This document shows, one piece after another, positions 1 through 13,700 of a stretch of 64,000 bases of DNA; the first letter of the stretch is position 1; each line of letters begins with the position of its first letter. The notes beneath the pieces are model-generated. The model did no database searches. It was not told the origin of the DNA and was given only the letters and a program-made list of their open reading frames with translations. Where the stretch lies: NCBI RefSeq assembly GCF_006345805.1, contig NC_043004.1:82956001-83020000 (forward strand), read 5' to 3'. The translations under genes were made by a program, and so were the position numbers. The DNA comes from Octopus sinensis (lineage: Eukaryota).

Positions 1-1886
1 CCTGGATCGACTACCGAAAGGCGTTTGATAGCATTCCCCGCATGTGGATCCTCGAAACACTAGCCATTAACAAGGTAGCACCAACAATTATAAAATACAT
101 AGGACATTCTATGAATAAATGGCAGACAGTGCTACAGCTCCAAACAAAAGACGGACTCGTGAAAACCACAGCCTTCCCCATTAGAAGAGGAATATTTCAG
201 GGAGACACGCTCTCTCCAGTCCTTTTCTGCTTGACACTGTCACCTCTATCTGATATACTAAATAGAACTGGATGCTGGAAACACTACTACAGGCAGTTCA
301 TGGATTTACCAAAGAAATAGATATGAAATTTGGATTAGAAAAATGCGCCAAAGTAACCATGAAAAGAGGAAAACTAGTTAAGAGTAGTATCCTCACACTA
401 GATAAAACCAATGAAATAAAAGAATTAGACCATAGCCAAACTTACAAATATTTAGGAATCCATGAACTAGATAAGACACAACACACACAAATGAAAGAGA
501 AAATAAAAAAGAATGTTATAGACAAGTTAGATCAATACTAAAAACAGAGCTCAATGCTAAAACCAAGATAATAGGTATCAACACTTTAGCCGTCCCAGTT
601 ATAAGTTACAGCTACAATATCCTTAACTGGACACTAAATGAACTAACCAAAATAGATAGGAAAACAAGAAAAATAATGACAGGATCTAGGATGCATCACC
701 CAAAATATGACATAGAAAGGCTATATATACAACGTATAGAAGGTGGTAGATGTCTTATACAGCTGGAAAACTATTATAAAATAATCAACATAGGACTTCA
801 AAAATATCTACTTCAGAAGGAAGGAAAACTGATACAAATAGCGGCAAAACACGAGCAAAATAAAAAAAAAATGTTCACAGTATTTAAGGAAGCTGACAAG
901 TACAAACAAAAAATCCTAACACCTAACAAATATGAAGAAGAAAAAGATGAAGAAACAACAAAAGCTATAAAACAAATCAAATCCAACCTAAAACAAGAAC
1001 TGCAACGGACCATGATAAAACGATGGCAAGAAAAGCCCCTTCATGGCAAATACTGGACTAAACTAAATGCAAAAGAAATACACAAAGAAAAATCCCAGCA
1101 ATGTTTGAAAATCTCAGGACTCAAAGCAGAGACAGAGGGATTTTTAATTGCAACACAAGATCAAAGCCTCCCCACAAGAAATTACCAAAAACATATAATG
1201 AAAAGAAATATAACAAATAACTGCAGAATATGTGGAGATGGACAAGAATCAATAAATCATATTATCTCTGGCTGCCCAATCCTAGCTAAGAAGGAATATA
1301 TTCACAGACACGACAGAGTTGGGACCTTCATACATTGGGAGTTATGCCAACATTATAGAATAACAACAGAAAAAAGATGGTATAGGCACACCTCAGAGAA
1401 GGTCACAGAAAACGAGAAAGCAACCATACTCTGGGATTTGCCAATAGACACAGATAAATTAAGGCCAACAGACCAGATATAATTGTCAGAGATCATTAAG
1501 AAAGAAATGCTTTCTGATTGATGTACCAATACCAGCAGATGACAACGCGTCTCTAAAAGAAATGGAGAAACTTTCAAAGTACAAAGACCTGGAAATAGAG
1601 GTAACTCGAATGTGGAATCCAAAAACAGAAACAATTCGTATCATAGTAGGTGCATTAGGCATGATAAAAAAATATTCAGACAAATACATAACAAAAACAC
1701 CAGGACATACAAACACATGTAACATACAGATGATTGCACTACTGGGCACTGCCCACATCCTACGGAAAACATTTTCAATACAGTAACCATCAGAGCATCG
1801 TAACAAAACACAGCACATACCCAAGGCACACAGAGCTGCGCTCGGTAGTGAAATGAAAACACGATATAAAAAAAAAACTATTGAAC
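1..1886 (+). mobile_element. R4/Dong-clade non-LTR retrotransposon, 3' part, degenerate (RT C-term, CCHC knuckle, restriction-like endonuclease)
   Basis: RT motifs WIDYRKAFDS and GIFQGDTLSP in the first 320 nt; CRICGDGQESINHIISGC knuckle, RHD motif and RPD...D...KxxKY endonuclease motif split over ORFs 676-1482 and 1562-1786; stops and frameshifts; ends in (AAT)n. Confidence 0.85.

Positions 1887-1948
<62 letters not shown>
1887..1948 (+). repeat. (AAT)n microsatellite at the 3' end of the R4/Dong element
   Basis: About 20 AAT units directly after the LINE 3' UTR. Confidence 0.95.
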
Positions 1949-1950
<2 letters not shown>

Positions 1951-2371
1951 TACAGCCCAAACGTATATGTTACTCTTTAAACTTCCAAATCTTTCAATTT
2001 ATTCAAAGTTATTGTGAAATTTCTACGATAGCAGTGTGGTACAGAACCATTGAATTAGTTGCTCTTTGCTTGTCAGATAAAATAATTCGTCTTTTTTTTA
2101 AAATTATTTAAAAACGTTCGGTTTATATTTACATTAAAACAAAGATTTTCTTAATGTATAAGTTCATGTTTTCTATTTTTCTTTAATAGTTCTGGACTTT
2201 TTGTACAGCTTTTGTTTATCGTTATTTGCAATTTGATTACATTTTATCTCTCTTCTGGCATATGATATTAGTGTACCGAATGACAAATCGTTAAATAGAA
2301 AAAGAAGGCGGATTTATCTAGCAGACTAACACAGGTATATAAAAAAGAAAAATAATAAATAGAATACTTAC

Positions 2372-3454
2372 GCTGTAATTAATTTGTAGAGCATTACATA
2401 TTATCACCAAAAACATAATTCCTCCAGACATTCCAAACATCAGCTGAATCCCGTATACTTTGGTTCCAACTGAGTTGTTTGCGAATTCATATGTTATATA
2501 ACAGCATTGAATGGTGAACAATATTATAGTAAGTGTAGACCCACATTGAGATAATGCGTGTAAATCTTTTAGTAATTCACAAAGACTTTCATGCTGGTTT
2601 AGTATCTGATATAAAATTTTATAGCAGTGTGTACCCGATAGAAATACTCGTGTCTGTTCACTCCGCATTTTCCGCAAAACATTTCGAAGTTTCTCTGACA
2701 AACACTGGAACTCATCTTTTATAAATAACATGGAAAACCCGAACGTGACATGAACAGGCGTTAAAAGCATGTAAGCCAACAAATTTGCCATACAATTTAG
2801 TACTAAAATAAATACAAAATACTTATTCTTACGGGATCCTGGGAAAGCATAGATATCTAGATAATAATGCGGATCAACCAAAACAAGTGGTAAAATTATT
2901 TGGATTGAAATAGATAGCAAACTCACAATACACATATTAGATATGATATAATGCACTCCCTTTTCGTTACACCTTGCCATATACTCAGCATCTTGGTTTA
3001 CTGGAATATAATCACTAAGATCTCTCAACGATTGATTTATTTTTTGCCTGTTCCAAACCACATTTATCGCAATCACAGCTGGAATCATCTTCAGTAATAA
3101 AAGAAAACTTTTCGCTAGTAGCGGTTCAGTATCTTCAATTGAATAATTTACCAAAATAAAATATGGAAATCGTATAATTTCTATTATAAGAATGAAATAT
3201 AGTAGAAAGAGTAACATAGAAAGAATTTGTGTTTTCAATCCAGACGTTTTCCAAATTTCTATATTCATTGTAGACGGAATGTCGGACAAAATAGAAACGT
3301 GTTTAAGCTTCTTCAGAAACGAACTTACAACTGTTTCTTTTAGTTTCTTTGATTGATACTCCTCGATATTTATGTAAAATGATTCATGCATATCGTTAAA
3401 CGTATAAGTTGATTCTTTACTGGAAGGAAGTGCTGACAAAGACTGCAAAGCCAT
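2372..3454 (-). CDS. GRL/7tm_7-like chemoreceptor long exon (TM1-TM6), divergent copy; 361 codons ending at phase-0 donor
   Basis: Open frame with six hydrophobic segments; GR-like IL2 signature EFQCLSEKL...ILNQHESLCELLKDL; ends ...QINYS then GTAAGT (AGC|gtaagt at 2372/2371). Confidence 0.75.
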
Positions 3455-4794
3455 TATATGGACAAAATATTTTCTCGCACACTCTTATTCAGCTACACTT
3501 AGTCTGTTCCGTCGGTACGATAGACGGTATCACTCGTCAGCCTACAATATTTGTATTATTTATACGAAGTAATTAATCATTATTTCTCCTAGCAGTCAAT
3601 TAAAAACTCACTCAACGAGTAAACACGCTAAAATATTTACTTTCTAATCAAGTCATATTACATTTAATATAAGCAACACCTAAATGTATGATTTCTATTG
3701 TGTAGCAGCGTTGCATTATTGTGATATCTGATGTTTTATTTACCATGAGTGGGCAGGTCATTTGTAATTAATTATTAAGTTAATTATTTTTCGACCTCTC
3801 AATACATATCACACAGAATACTAAGATACACTCGTTGTACATACGCCTATACATGAAATATGTATATACGATCTTGAATATACATTTATTTTGTACAAAT
3901 AAGTACGACATAAGCCTTTTATCTACTAATGGATAAACATGGCGCTAGTTTATCGATGGATTAATGTATTCGTACGTTTAACTTTTGGTCGCTACAGAAG
4001 AATTTCTTTCTATATTTAACCAGTGGTAAATTAGTTTTTTGTTGTCTATACATTAAGAAATATTCTCGAAAATAGAGAGTTTATTTTGTGACATAATTCT
4101 ACTACACCTTGACGGATATTTGCTCATTCTAGAATTTATTATTTGGTGGTCATGGAATACACGAGAAAAATATTATTTTCATTTATCCGTGACGTTCTGT
4201 GTGTATGTGATATTAAGGTATGAATATGTGCTTATTTCTTTCCCTGTAAGGTAATAATCGCCTATAATTACATCGGTTGTCGAAATAATATGAACAGTAA
4301 AATCTTTTCCCCTCGAGCGCATGTAAGTTAAACGAATTATCACTTTATGTTTAAACATTTTATACGCCATGATACGAAAATCTATAAGCCCAACAGCTCC
4401 AAAATAGAGAGAAAGTAAGAGGAAATTTGAATGAAACATACACAGCACATATATTTCTCAGCTTGTGTTTTTGTTTTTCACTCAAGACTATGGGCTCTTT
4501 CAAGAAAGGGATTGTTACAAACAAATTCTGTATGGCATTAAAAACTCTCGCAAAAAGTGGGTTAATTTCGTTATAACCACAAGATATTATGTCTTCTCCT
4601 CCGTTCTAATGATATCATTTAACTTTGAGCTGAAATTCACAAGAATAAGCATCCGGATTGCTTTGACATCGCGACAAAATCTTCTCAATTTCGTATAACT
4701 AACCAAGCATAAAATATAAAGCACCAGAAGAGTTGGAATCTTGTCTGTATATATACATACATAGATACACACACACACATACACACACACGCAC

Positions 4795-4859
<65 letters not shown>

Positions 4860-4988
4860 TATATATACAAACCTCATTCAGAGATAGAAAAATCCTATGA
4901 AAGTAGTGGTTAGTTACCTATACAAAGAATATTGAATATTATATATAATACTCAACTGCAAGGTAACTATATAAACCGTGATTTGGTT

Positions 4989-5053
<65 letters not shown>

Positions 5054-6254
5054 ATAAGATGAGATGAGAAAATAGAGCGGTAATTAATAAATAAGTCTTT
5101 TTTAATTAAAGGCTTTGACAAACACTCCTTACAGCTGTTTCAATTCATTCTCTCAAAAAATCAATCAGTTAGATTAAAAGGTATTTGACAGTCGAACCAC
5201 TATAGAGGTAGATAAAGATATACAAAGAAACTAGTAGCTCAATACCTACATTTTGAGTAAACGGCTGCAACCCGTAAACTGATAAAGTTTATACATAAAA
5301 GAGCATGATACAAAAGTGAGAGAGTGCTTGGAAGGGAAGTAAGATTGTTTATAATGAAGTCGTAGAACAATATATTCATCTGGACTGTTAAGTATAAGAA
5401 AGTTCAAGTAGATATAATTGGCAAAATTGTCATTTTGTGCTACCATTCCTATTCTTAATAAGTCAATATAAAATTATTATGTAGAGTTTAATACAAGTGT
5501 GTATAGTTACTTATATATATTTAAGGTGGAAAACATTCAGGCAATCTATAACTTATTATAAATATCGAAATAGTTAAAAGACCAAAAATAATATTGACTT
5601 AATGTTAGAGTACTTAACAATTACAATTAAAAGCATGAATAAAGTAAAATCAAAAAATCAAAATAGATAGTGTAAACAGTGAAAACAGATGGAGACAGTA
5701 AACAATTGAATAAAGAATTATACATTATTAACTCTTAAGACTTATTACTGAGCTTGACTAATAAAGATAATGAACGATTGGACAAAATTTAATCTAAAAA
5801 TGTCAGATATGCAGCAGTCGTATTGTGAGATACCGGATGTGTACGTGTCAAGTTGCTAAGGTACGGAGATATCTTATTTAACATAAATAATGGGAATCAT
5901 AGGGAATAAAAATATGCTAGAAAAAGCAGAAATTTTTCTTGTAAGATGTTGGATGTGGAGTATATAAGCAAACAAATTAAATAAATAGGTTCAGTGGGGA
6001 ATGCAAATTACCATAGATTACAAATTGGAACACTGTTATATAATTTCATTTTCCTAACATTCTCAAAGAAATAATAATTATCAGGAGAAACTCTCAGAAA
6101 ATTCTAGGTGTGGTTTTTACGATTAAGTGCAGACGCTACTCACGCTGATGAAGAAAATGTCAATGAATACTTCAATATAAACAACACCTACGATCTAATA
6201 GTCATTTAATACAATCGGAATGGAAAATTATCAAACCAAATACATTGAAACTGG

Positions 6255-7781
6255 GCTGAAAACCTTTGGATATTAATAAGAAACAACTTGCTATTCATAT
6301 TCCGAAAATCCCTTGCGGGTATATATCCCTTGGGGTATATTAATCCATTGGAAATTTCATATGCTAGGACACAACAAGTAATATGAACACGGAAACTGTA
6401 ATGGCGAACATAACACGGGACGCTTTGTTTCTAATATGAATGAGAAGCAGTCCAAGGGATATAAATGATATTGAACACATACACGACATATGTATTTTGC
6501 AACTATAGGCATAAGAGAGTATATTCTTGTCAATAAAGCAAAATCTATCATACTGCTTAATTATTTAATTTGATATATCAATGCAAGGAGTCTGGGTGGG
6601 AGATGTGCTTGTATGATCATCTTAGTTTTCCGGTAAATAGACTTGAAGCTTTTGTGATAAATATTTAAGTTCATCTATCATAATTAACAATAATCCACAA
6701 ATACAATATAATATGGTGTGATAAGAATTGTCACCCATAAATTCATTATCTAATTATAGAACTAATTACAAGTAATTCGCTCTAACGTAATATCGGAAAA
6801 GCCATGACATCAAAGAAGAAATCTAAATCTGTAAGCGTCATATGTAAAATGACGTGGACTGCAAAAGTCGCCACCGCAAAGCAGCATAGGTTATAAACGA
6901 TAAAACGTCAACCCAGGATGTTGTTGCCAGCAACATCTTTAGCAATTTGGTTTCTTGAAATGTATAAGGCTGACTAAAAATTAAGCAACGTTTTGAAACA
7001 TGAAATTCATCATATTATATTTCAACAATGTGGAAATTTATTCATAAAATTAATTACCATTACAATCAAAACATGTTTGCCGAGTTACAAGTTTGTTGGA
7101 GTTCTGGAACTGATGAAGCTCTTGGACACATTTTCTGCACCGGTTTGACTTTTGAACTCTTTCTTTCGCAAGGAACTGCGAAGGTGCTTGGAGAAGTGGT
7201 AGTCGGTAGGAGAAAGGCCTGGGGAATTTGCTGGGTGGGGAATAACTTAGTAGCCAAGTTCCCTCAACTCCTGGATCGTTATAAGTGAAACATGTGATCG
7301 AGCATTGTCATGAAGAATGATCAGAAATCCTCTGTTGACCAATATGTTACCAAAGATATTGAAAACTGCAAAAACCCGGTACAAATATTCTTCATGGTTC
7401 AAAACTTTGCGTACTTTTTACTCTACCTGAACGTTACTGATTTCGTGGATTAATTGGCAGATATTATATCTTTTCCAAAACAGATTTATGAAAATTAGAC
7501 ACGGCAATATCTTCAGGAAAAGAAGCGATATTTTTCCCAAAGTTCGACCCAAGGTTTTCCTTTGAATGGTTTATTACCATAAACCAATAGAAACATACAA
7601 TATCAAGCATAGAAATTAAATACACGAATTGGATTAATACCTAAAGCAATCGTGTCTTTCCAAATTTCTACTTTTTAACCACAAGGAAAGAATCCCATAA
7701 TGAAAAGATGTTTAATTTTCAATAGGAATTAATTCACAATAACATTTTAAATCACATTTGATTCAGATTGATCGGTATTTA
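6255..7781 (-). pseudogene. GRL-like exon, subfamily B, decayed, interrupted by a mariner fragment
   Basis: Minus strand reads TCCVLAYEISNGLIYPKG near 6330-6400 (cf. [18 protein letters not shown] of intact copies); 6540-6850 and 7450-7790 align by eye with 60480-60780 and 60920-61260; multiple stops and frameshifts; start codon appears mutated to ATA. Boundaries approximate. Confidence 0.7.
7030..7410 (-). mobile_element. mariner transposase C-terminal fragment
   Basis: Minus strand gives PHPANSPGLSPTDYHFSKHL, a degenerate mariner HPPYSPDLAPSDYHLF motif. Boundaries approximate. Confidence 0.75.
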
Positions 7782-7984
7782 TATTGAAGGAGATTCATAT
7801 AGCGATTCCTGTTTTATGACGATTCCATGTTTGAAATGAATATAAAAAATATGTATAAGTGTCCCCATGATCTGTCATGGGTCACGTGAATGTTAAATAA
7901 TCACAATCATATTTGAACCGACTAATTTTTCAGAACTTAATTTTAACCACTCCCAAGGGGTGAATACACTGTAATGAGTTTGAC

Positions 7985-8200
7985 ACATGTTAGTAATGAA
8001 CACTTACGGAATAAGCAAGAGTATAATATAATGAGTACATAAAAGGAATTCTTTGAAGAGCATGGGAACATAATTGTGATGTGCCATTCTTATATAAAAT
8101 CAATACTATTTGCACAGATTAAGCTTTCATCAAAGAAGCAGTAGTTTTTTTATACCCATACACGTAAAGAGACACATTATATATGTTTAGAAATCCTCGA
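7985..8200 (-). promoter_or_regulatory. conserved upstream module B (putative TATA + non-coding leader exon + GTAAGT donor)
   Basis: Homologous to 20575-20850, 30990-31220 and 61455-61620; minus-strand donor CC|GTAAGT at 8008/8007; lies about 200 bp upstream of the subfamily B pseudogene. Confidence 0.5.
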
Positions 8201-8229
8201 CTAACTCGTTGACGTGAGTTCGATTCTAG

Positions 8230-8570
8230 ATATAGATTAATATTATATCTGGGAACATCTTCATCATGAGTTTTTAAGATTTTCCTAAAATATATTCAGT
8301 ATTCTTTGATGAATAACTTGATACGCTAAACCATATAAAGCATAAAATATCAAACGCTTGAATCAAATACAGTAGAGCGAGGCATAAATACAGAATCCGT
8401 GTTTTTACCTCAGATTTTTTCCAAATTTCTAAACACATTTTCAAGACTTCTGATTTTCTTCTGGTATTCATTGAAAGTTTTTCCTTTTACGGTTTTTGGA
8501 GAGATGAAATTTATTTTTATATGAATTGAATATGATTCCGATATTTTGGTGCCTGTTTCAGATGATTCAC
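8230..8570 (-). pseudogene. GRL-like exon, subfamily A, 5' fragment only
   Basis: LEIWKKSEVKTRILYLCLALLYLIQAFDIL...KNTEYILGK matches the N-terminus/TM1 of intact copies; homology stops at about 8230. Confidence 0.85.
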
Positions 8571-8719
8571 TGAGTTACTTAGATTTTCATATAATTGCAA
8601 ATATATTATTATGCATTTTTTTGTTAGTGTTTCTCGCTTGCTTTTAGCTTCTTTGTAATCGTTTGACAACACGCCAGTAATGCTTTCATTATTTTTATAT
8701 ATTTATGCGCCCTTTTCAA

Positions 8720-8998
8720 GCCTAGTCAGGTTTCCCAGTTTCTGTGGCGTATGATTTCCCCGCTAGCTGGACGGGACGTCAGTCCATCGCAGCGTTACTC
8801 AAGAAACAGGAAGAAACAGTGAGAGAAAATTGGGGCTAAAGAGTACAACAGGGGTTGCCACCCCACCCCCTACCGGAGCCTCGTGGAGCTTTAGGTGTTT
8901 CCGCTCAATACATACACGCGTAACCCGGCCTGGGAATCGAAACCGCAATTCTCCGACCGCGAGTCCGCTGCCCTAACTGCTGGGAAATTGCACCTCCA
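8720..8998 (-). mobile_element. tRNA-derived SINE
   Basis: Minus-strand head GGAGGTGCAAT...GCGGTTTCGATTCCCAGGCC with A/B-box-like spacing. Confidence 0.6.
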
Positions 8999-9030
8999 CA
9001 TAATGCATTCATGAATATTCAATAACAAGA

Positions 9031-9995
9031 AGGCGGTGAACTGGCAGAATCGTTAGCTCGCTGGGCGAAATGCTTAGAAGTATTTCGTCTGCCTTTACGT
9101 TTTGAGTTCAAATTCGGCCGAGGTCGACTTTGCCTTTCATCCTTTCGGGGTCGATTAAATAAGCAACCGTTACGCACTGGGGTCGATATAATCGACTTAA
9201 TCCGTTTGTCTATTCTTGTTTGTCCTCTCTGTGTTTAGCCCTTTGTGGGTATTAAAGAAATAGGTATTTCGTCTGCCGCTACGTTCTGAGTTAAAATTCC
9301 GCTGAGGTCGACTTTGCATTTCATGCTTTAGGAGTCGATAAATTAAGTACTAGTTGGGTACTGGTGTAGATCTAATCAAACTCCCTAAAATGTCGGCTCT
9401 TGCGCCTAGATTAGAAAAGAATATTGAAAAAGATAAGGCGGCGAGCTGGCAGAAACGTGAGCACGCCGGGAGAAATGCCTAGCGGTATGTTGTCTGCCGT
9501 TGCCTTCTGAGTTCAAATTCCGCCGAGGTCGACTGTGCCTTTTATCCTTTCGGGTTCGATTAAATAAGTACCAGTTACGCACTGGGATCGATATAATAGA
9601 CTTAATCCATTTGTCTGTCCTTGTTTGTCTCTCTGTGTTTAGCCCCTTGTGGGTAGTAAAGAAATATGTATTCCGTCTGCCGCTACGTTCTGATTTCAAA
9701 TTCTGCCGAGGTCAACTTTGCCTTTCATCCATTCGGGGTCGATTAAATAAGTATCAGTTACGCACTGGGGTCGATATAATCGACTTAATCCGTTTGGCTG
9801 TCCTTGTTTGGCTGTCCTTATTTGGCCTCTCCGTGTTTAGCCCCTTGTGGGTAGTAAAGAAATAGATATTTCTTCTGTCTTTATGTTCTGTGTTCAAATT
9901 CCGCCAAGGTCGAATTTGTGTTTCATCCTGTCGCGGTCGATCAATCAAGTACCAGTAGTGAACTGTGTCGATCTAATCGACTGGCCTCCTCCCCC
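9031..9995 (+). mobile_element. tandem cluster of tRNA-derived SINEs (octopod-type, Meta/RUDI-like central domain)
   Basis: About five head-to-tail units with GAGTTCAAATTCC B-box, GCCTTTCATCCTTTCGGGGTCGAT core and a 3' end AGCCCCTTGTGGGTAGTAAAGAAATA. Confidence 0.85.
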
Positions 9996-10019
9996 AAAAG
10001 TGACTGAATATATATTTAT

Positions 10020-10160
10020 CATAAAATATAGCCACACCTTTATTTATTATAAATCATTCAATCTATGCAGTTATTTTCTATTAACTTATGTTTACTATAA
10101 AGTGAACCTGATTGTAGTATCGACATTATTTGTCAGTAATTGCTTGCTTAGATTATGCCC
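10020..10160 (-). promoter_or_regulatory. proximal module A (AAGCAAGCAA motif + CAG|GT), separated from its exon fragment by SINE insertions
   Basis: Matches the block about 230-280 bp upstream of the ATG in all subfamily A copies; TTGCTTGCTT on + at 10140-10149. Confidence 0.55.
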
Positions 10161-10636
10161 TATCATCCATATTCGTTTCAGCAATTGAAAATGTTAACGT
10201 TAACGTTCTTGAGTCATACCGAATCAAAACGGCAGCTTTCTCGGCTTAATGGCCTATATATATTTCCTTCCAGGACGGGTCACCGATCCGTCGCATGACT
10301 ACATATTTTTGGCAGCTGAGCACGGTTGAGACATGCGAAATGAAATGTTTTGCTCAAGAAAATAATGCGAACATACAAATTCATTATCTCAAATTACCGC
10401 CTTTTCTTTCCAATCGTTTTGCATGTTTGCAGTATGTTCTTTTTTCTTTTACTTGTTTCAGTCATTTTGAATGTGGCCATGCTGGAACACTGTCTTTTAG
10501 TCGAAGAGATCGACATCCTGGGCATGTTCTTATTAAGCCTGGTACTCATTTTATCGGTCCCATTTGCAAAATCGCTAAACACGATGATCAGTGGCCAAGC
10601 GATGATGGAGGGACAATCCCAGACACAAGCATATGC

Positions 10637-10637
10637 C

Positions 10638-10711
<74 letters not shown>

Positions 10712-10736
10712 AATCTATCAATCTATCTATCTATCT
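10637..10736 (+). repeat. (TATC)n microsatellite at the 5' junction of the Tx1 LINE
   Basis: About 25 near-perfect units. Confidence 0.95.
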
Positions 10737-13700
10737 GCACCACACACTCAAAGGCATTTTCCCCAGCGCGGTTGGTAAATGCCAAAAATATCTCACAAAG
10801 AAACTGTACTGGGATCTCCTCAAGGACAAACCAAAGGAGGAGAAAGCAAAAACTTTCGAGCAGTAAGTAACCCTCTGTTCCTTTCACTTGTATTCTAATT
10901 CATTAGGACTATGATCAAGATTGGTTGTGTAAATGCGCGTGGCTTGGGGTCCCCTTGGAAACAAGGGTACCTCTTAAATGACATAAAGTCACATAAGTTA
11001 GAAATCATAGCCATAAGTGAGACCAGACTCCACAATCCGCGGGCCCTAAAGACCATGTTTGGCGGACAGTTCAACACTTATTTTCCCCCCTGTCTGCCGA
11101 GAATGGGCGGTAGTGGCACCGCGATACTTTTTCACAAGAGTCTGGATCTCAAAGTAAGGACAATATTCGTAGACCCGGAGGGTAGACTGGTCGTCCTGGA
11201 TGTCGACGACAGCAATAGGTGCGCTTTTCGACTCGTATCAGTCTACGCACCGCCCTTAACAGGTCGGGCGGATTTCTTTCAACGTCTAGAAGTATTCTTG
11301 GGAACGTCTCGTCCTTTACTCTTAGTGGGGGATTGGAATGCTACCTTGGACACGCATGTAGACTACGTGGGTAGAGATAGGAATAGACGGGGATGCAAAT
11401 AACTCAGAGACCTGCTCAGACGCTTTCAACTGCCTGACAGGTTCCGACTAGACCACCAGAATGCGCCAACATGGACATGGAGCAACCGCATCGGGTCGTC
11501 GAGATCGTATCTAGATAGGATACTGTGTAGGACAGTAGACAGAGATAGCATAGGATGTCCACAATTCCACATAGTCAGCTACACGGATCACAAACTTGTG
11601 ACATGTACGCTAGACTTAGGTAAGACACTTAGGCAGGGTCCCGGATACTGGAAACTAACGCGTCTTTCCCATCGAGACAGGTTTTCAGAGACCGGATTAG
11701 CACACTAGTAAAGAGGGCTTTGACGGGAGCCATCATCAACAACAAATGGTGGTTTGCCCTCAAGAGAGCAGTAAAAGCAGAAGCGATTAGGTACAGCAAA
11801 GCACTAGCCATAGATAGAAATAGCGTAGAGGGTGAGCTAGTTAAGAAGCTAGAAGAGGCAATTAGAAGCGGCATCGCATCCGACGTTTTGGCGGCGAGGT
11901 TGGCCCTCGACCAACACTTCAACGCCAAACACGAAGGATGTGCTGTCAGAGCTAAGATGCGTGCTCTAAGGAACGAAGGTGTTGGAGCCGCAAGAGAGGC
12001 CCGGGTGGCAGAGGCGCAACAGGGCAACAAAGCCACCATTCGGTCCCTGGTAGATGAACAGTAAAATGTGTGAGGCCTTTCAGCAGCATTTTGCCCGACT
12101 GTTCGGAACGAGTGGAGGGCAAGAACGTAGGGTGGACTTCAGTGCCTACCTACATAGCCTTCCACGACTCTCGACAAGAAAGGCAGGGTGCTGCGAAGGT
12201 GCCATCACGGCGGCGGAAGTGCAGGAAGCGATGGCAGAATGCTCGAGGGACAAATCACCGGGTTTGGATAGTCTACCCTACGAGCTTTACAATTGTATGC
12301 CAGACTTGTTTGGAGATCTCTTGGCGGCGGTGTACTGCAACTGGCAGCAAAACGGGAGCATTCCTGGTTTTGTGAGCCGAGGAGCCGTAACACTGCTGAA
12401 GAAAGATCTAAACAAGGGAAATGTAATAGATAACTTTAGGCCCATCACTCTGCTTAATGCAGACTTGAAAATTTTGGCCAAGGTGCTAGCCAAGAGGTTG
12501 GCGCTTGTCATCGAGAAACTGGTCGACAGGGCGCAAACATGCGCCGTGCCAGGCCGGAGCATCCATGACAACCTCCACCTGATGCGCTACATCATAGACA
12601 GGGTAGTTAACGAACCTGGCATGGGTGGGGCGCTGATCAATTTGGATCAATCGAAAGCTTTCGATAGGGTGGACCATCGATACTTGGAGGCGGTCCTCGG
12701 AGCGGCTGGCTTCGGTCCCGTCTTCCGCGGCTGGATAGCAGCTTTGTACAGAGGCATCCGTTCGGTAATTCGCGTGAATGGACATCTATCGAGACCCTTC
12801 GACATCGCACGTTCGGTCCGTCAGGTATGCCCCCTCTCGTCGCTTCTATACGTATTGACTCTCGAGCCATTATTGCGGAAGCTTGCAACCTTGAGAGGCA
12901 TCCCGCGAGAACTGGGATGCGGGACGAGCGTGTCTGCATACGTCACCGTCATAGTGTCTAGCCACGAGCACATCGAGCAGGTCGGCGAGACACTGAAAAA
13001 CTACGAAGCGGTGACAGGAGCGAAAATCAACCGGGAAAAGTCAGTGGGCTTGCGACTAGGCACCTGGAGAAGCAAGCCCATGCCGTCCACCAGCGCCTCC
13101 ATCGTGGGACGCTTGACCGACGGCCCGGTTGAGTTGCTCGGGGTCTGGTTTGGTCCAGACCTCCAAGTGGAGAAGAACTGGAACGAGATAACGAGTAGGG
13201 TGGTCACTCTCGCCCGGCAATGGGCCGAGAGGAAACTGTCCCTAAAAGGTCGGGCGGAGGTGGCGAACACGTACATCGCGTCCGTCATCTACTACCGCCT
13301 GACCGTCGTACCTTGTCCCGACCCTACCATCACTAAACTACAACGCATTCTCTTTCGCTTCTTGTGGAAAGGATGCGTCCCGATGGTCAGGCGATCCATT
13401 TGCTGTCAACACCCGTTTAAAGGAGGGCTGGGCATGCCGTGGTCGATGATGCGCAGACACGCGCTGAGACTGCGACATCTCTGGCTCTATGTAGACGACG
13501 GTGAACAGGTGTGGTCGCCGTTTGTGAGGCACGCTTTCCCGCAGCTCGTCTCCATGACCGAACTGCACTCGTGGATCAAAAAGAGGCCGAAGAAGGGCGA
13601 ATGGCACCGCGAGTGTCGCGTTGCTCTCAAGCAACTCTGCCGTCCTGGGTCGACCTTGAGTGACTTCAACATAACCAAAGCATTCTATAGGGGTTTAGTG

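Noticed and set aside
4465-4740. Possible constant exon in the unique sequence between the first two copies
   Set aside because: Frames (TDKIPTLLVLYILCLV..., QTRFQLFWCFIFYAW...) lack a GR TM7 signature, and the segment lies upstream of the 2372 exon so could not serve it.
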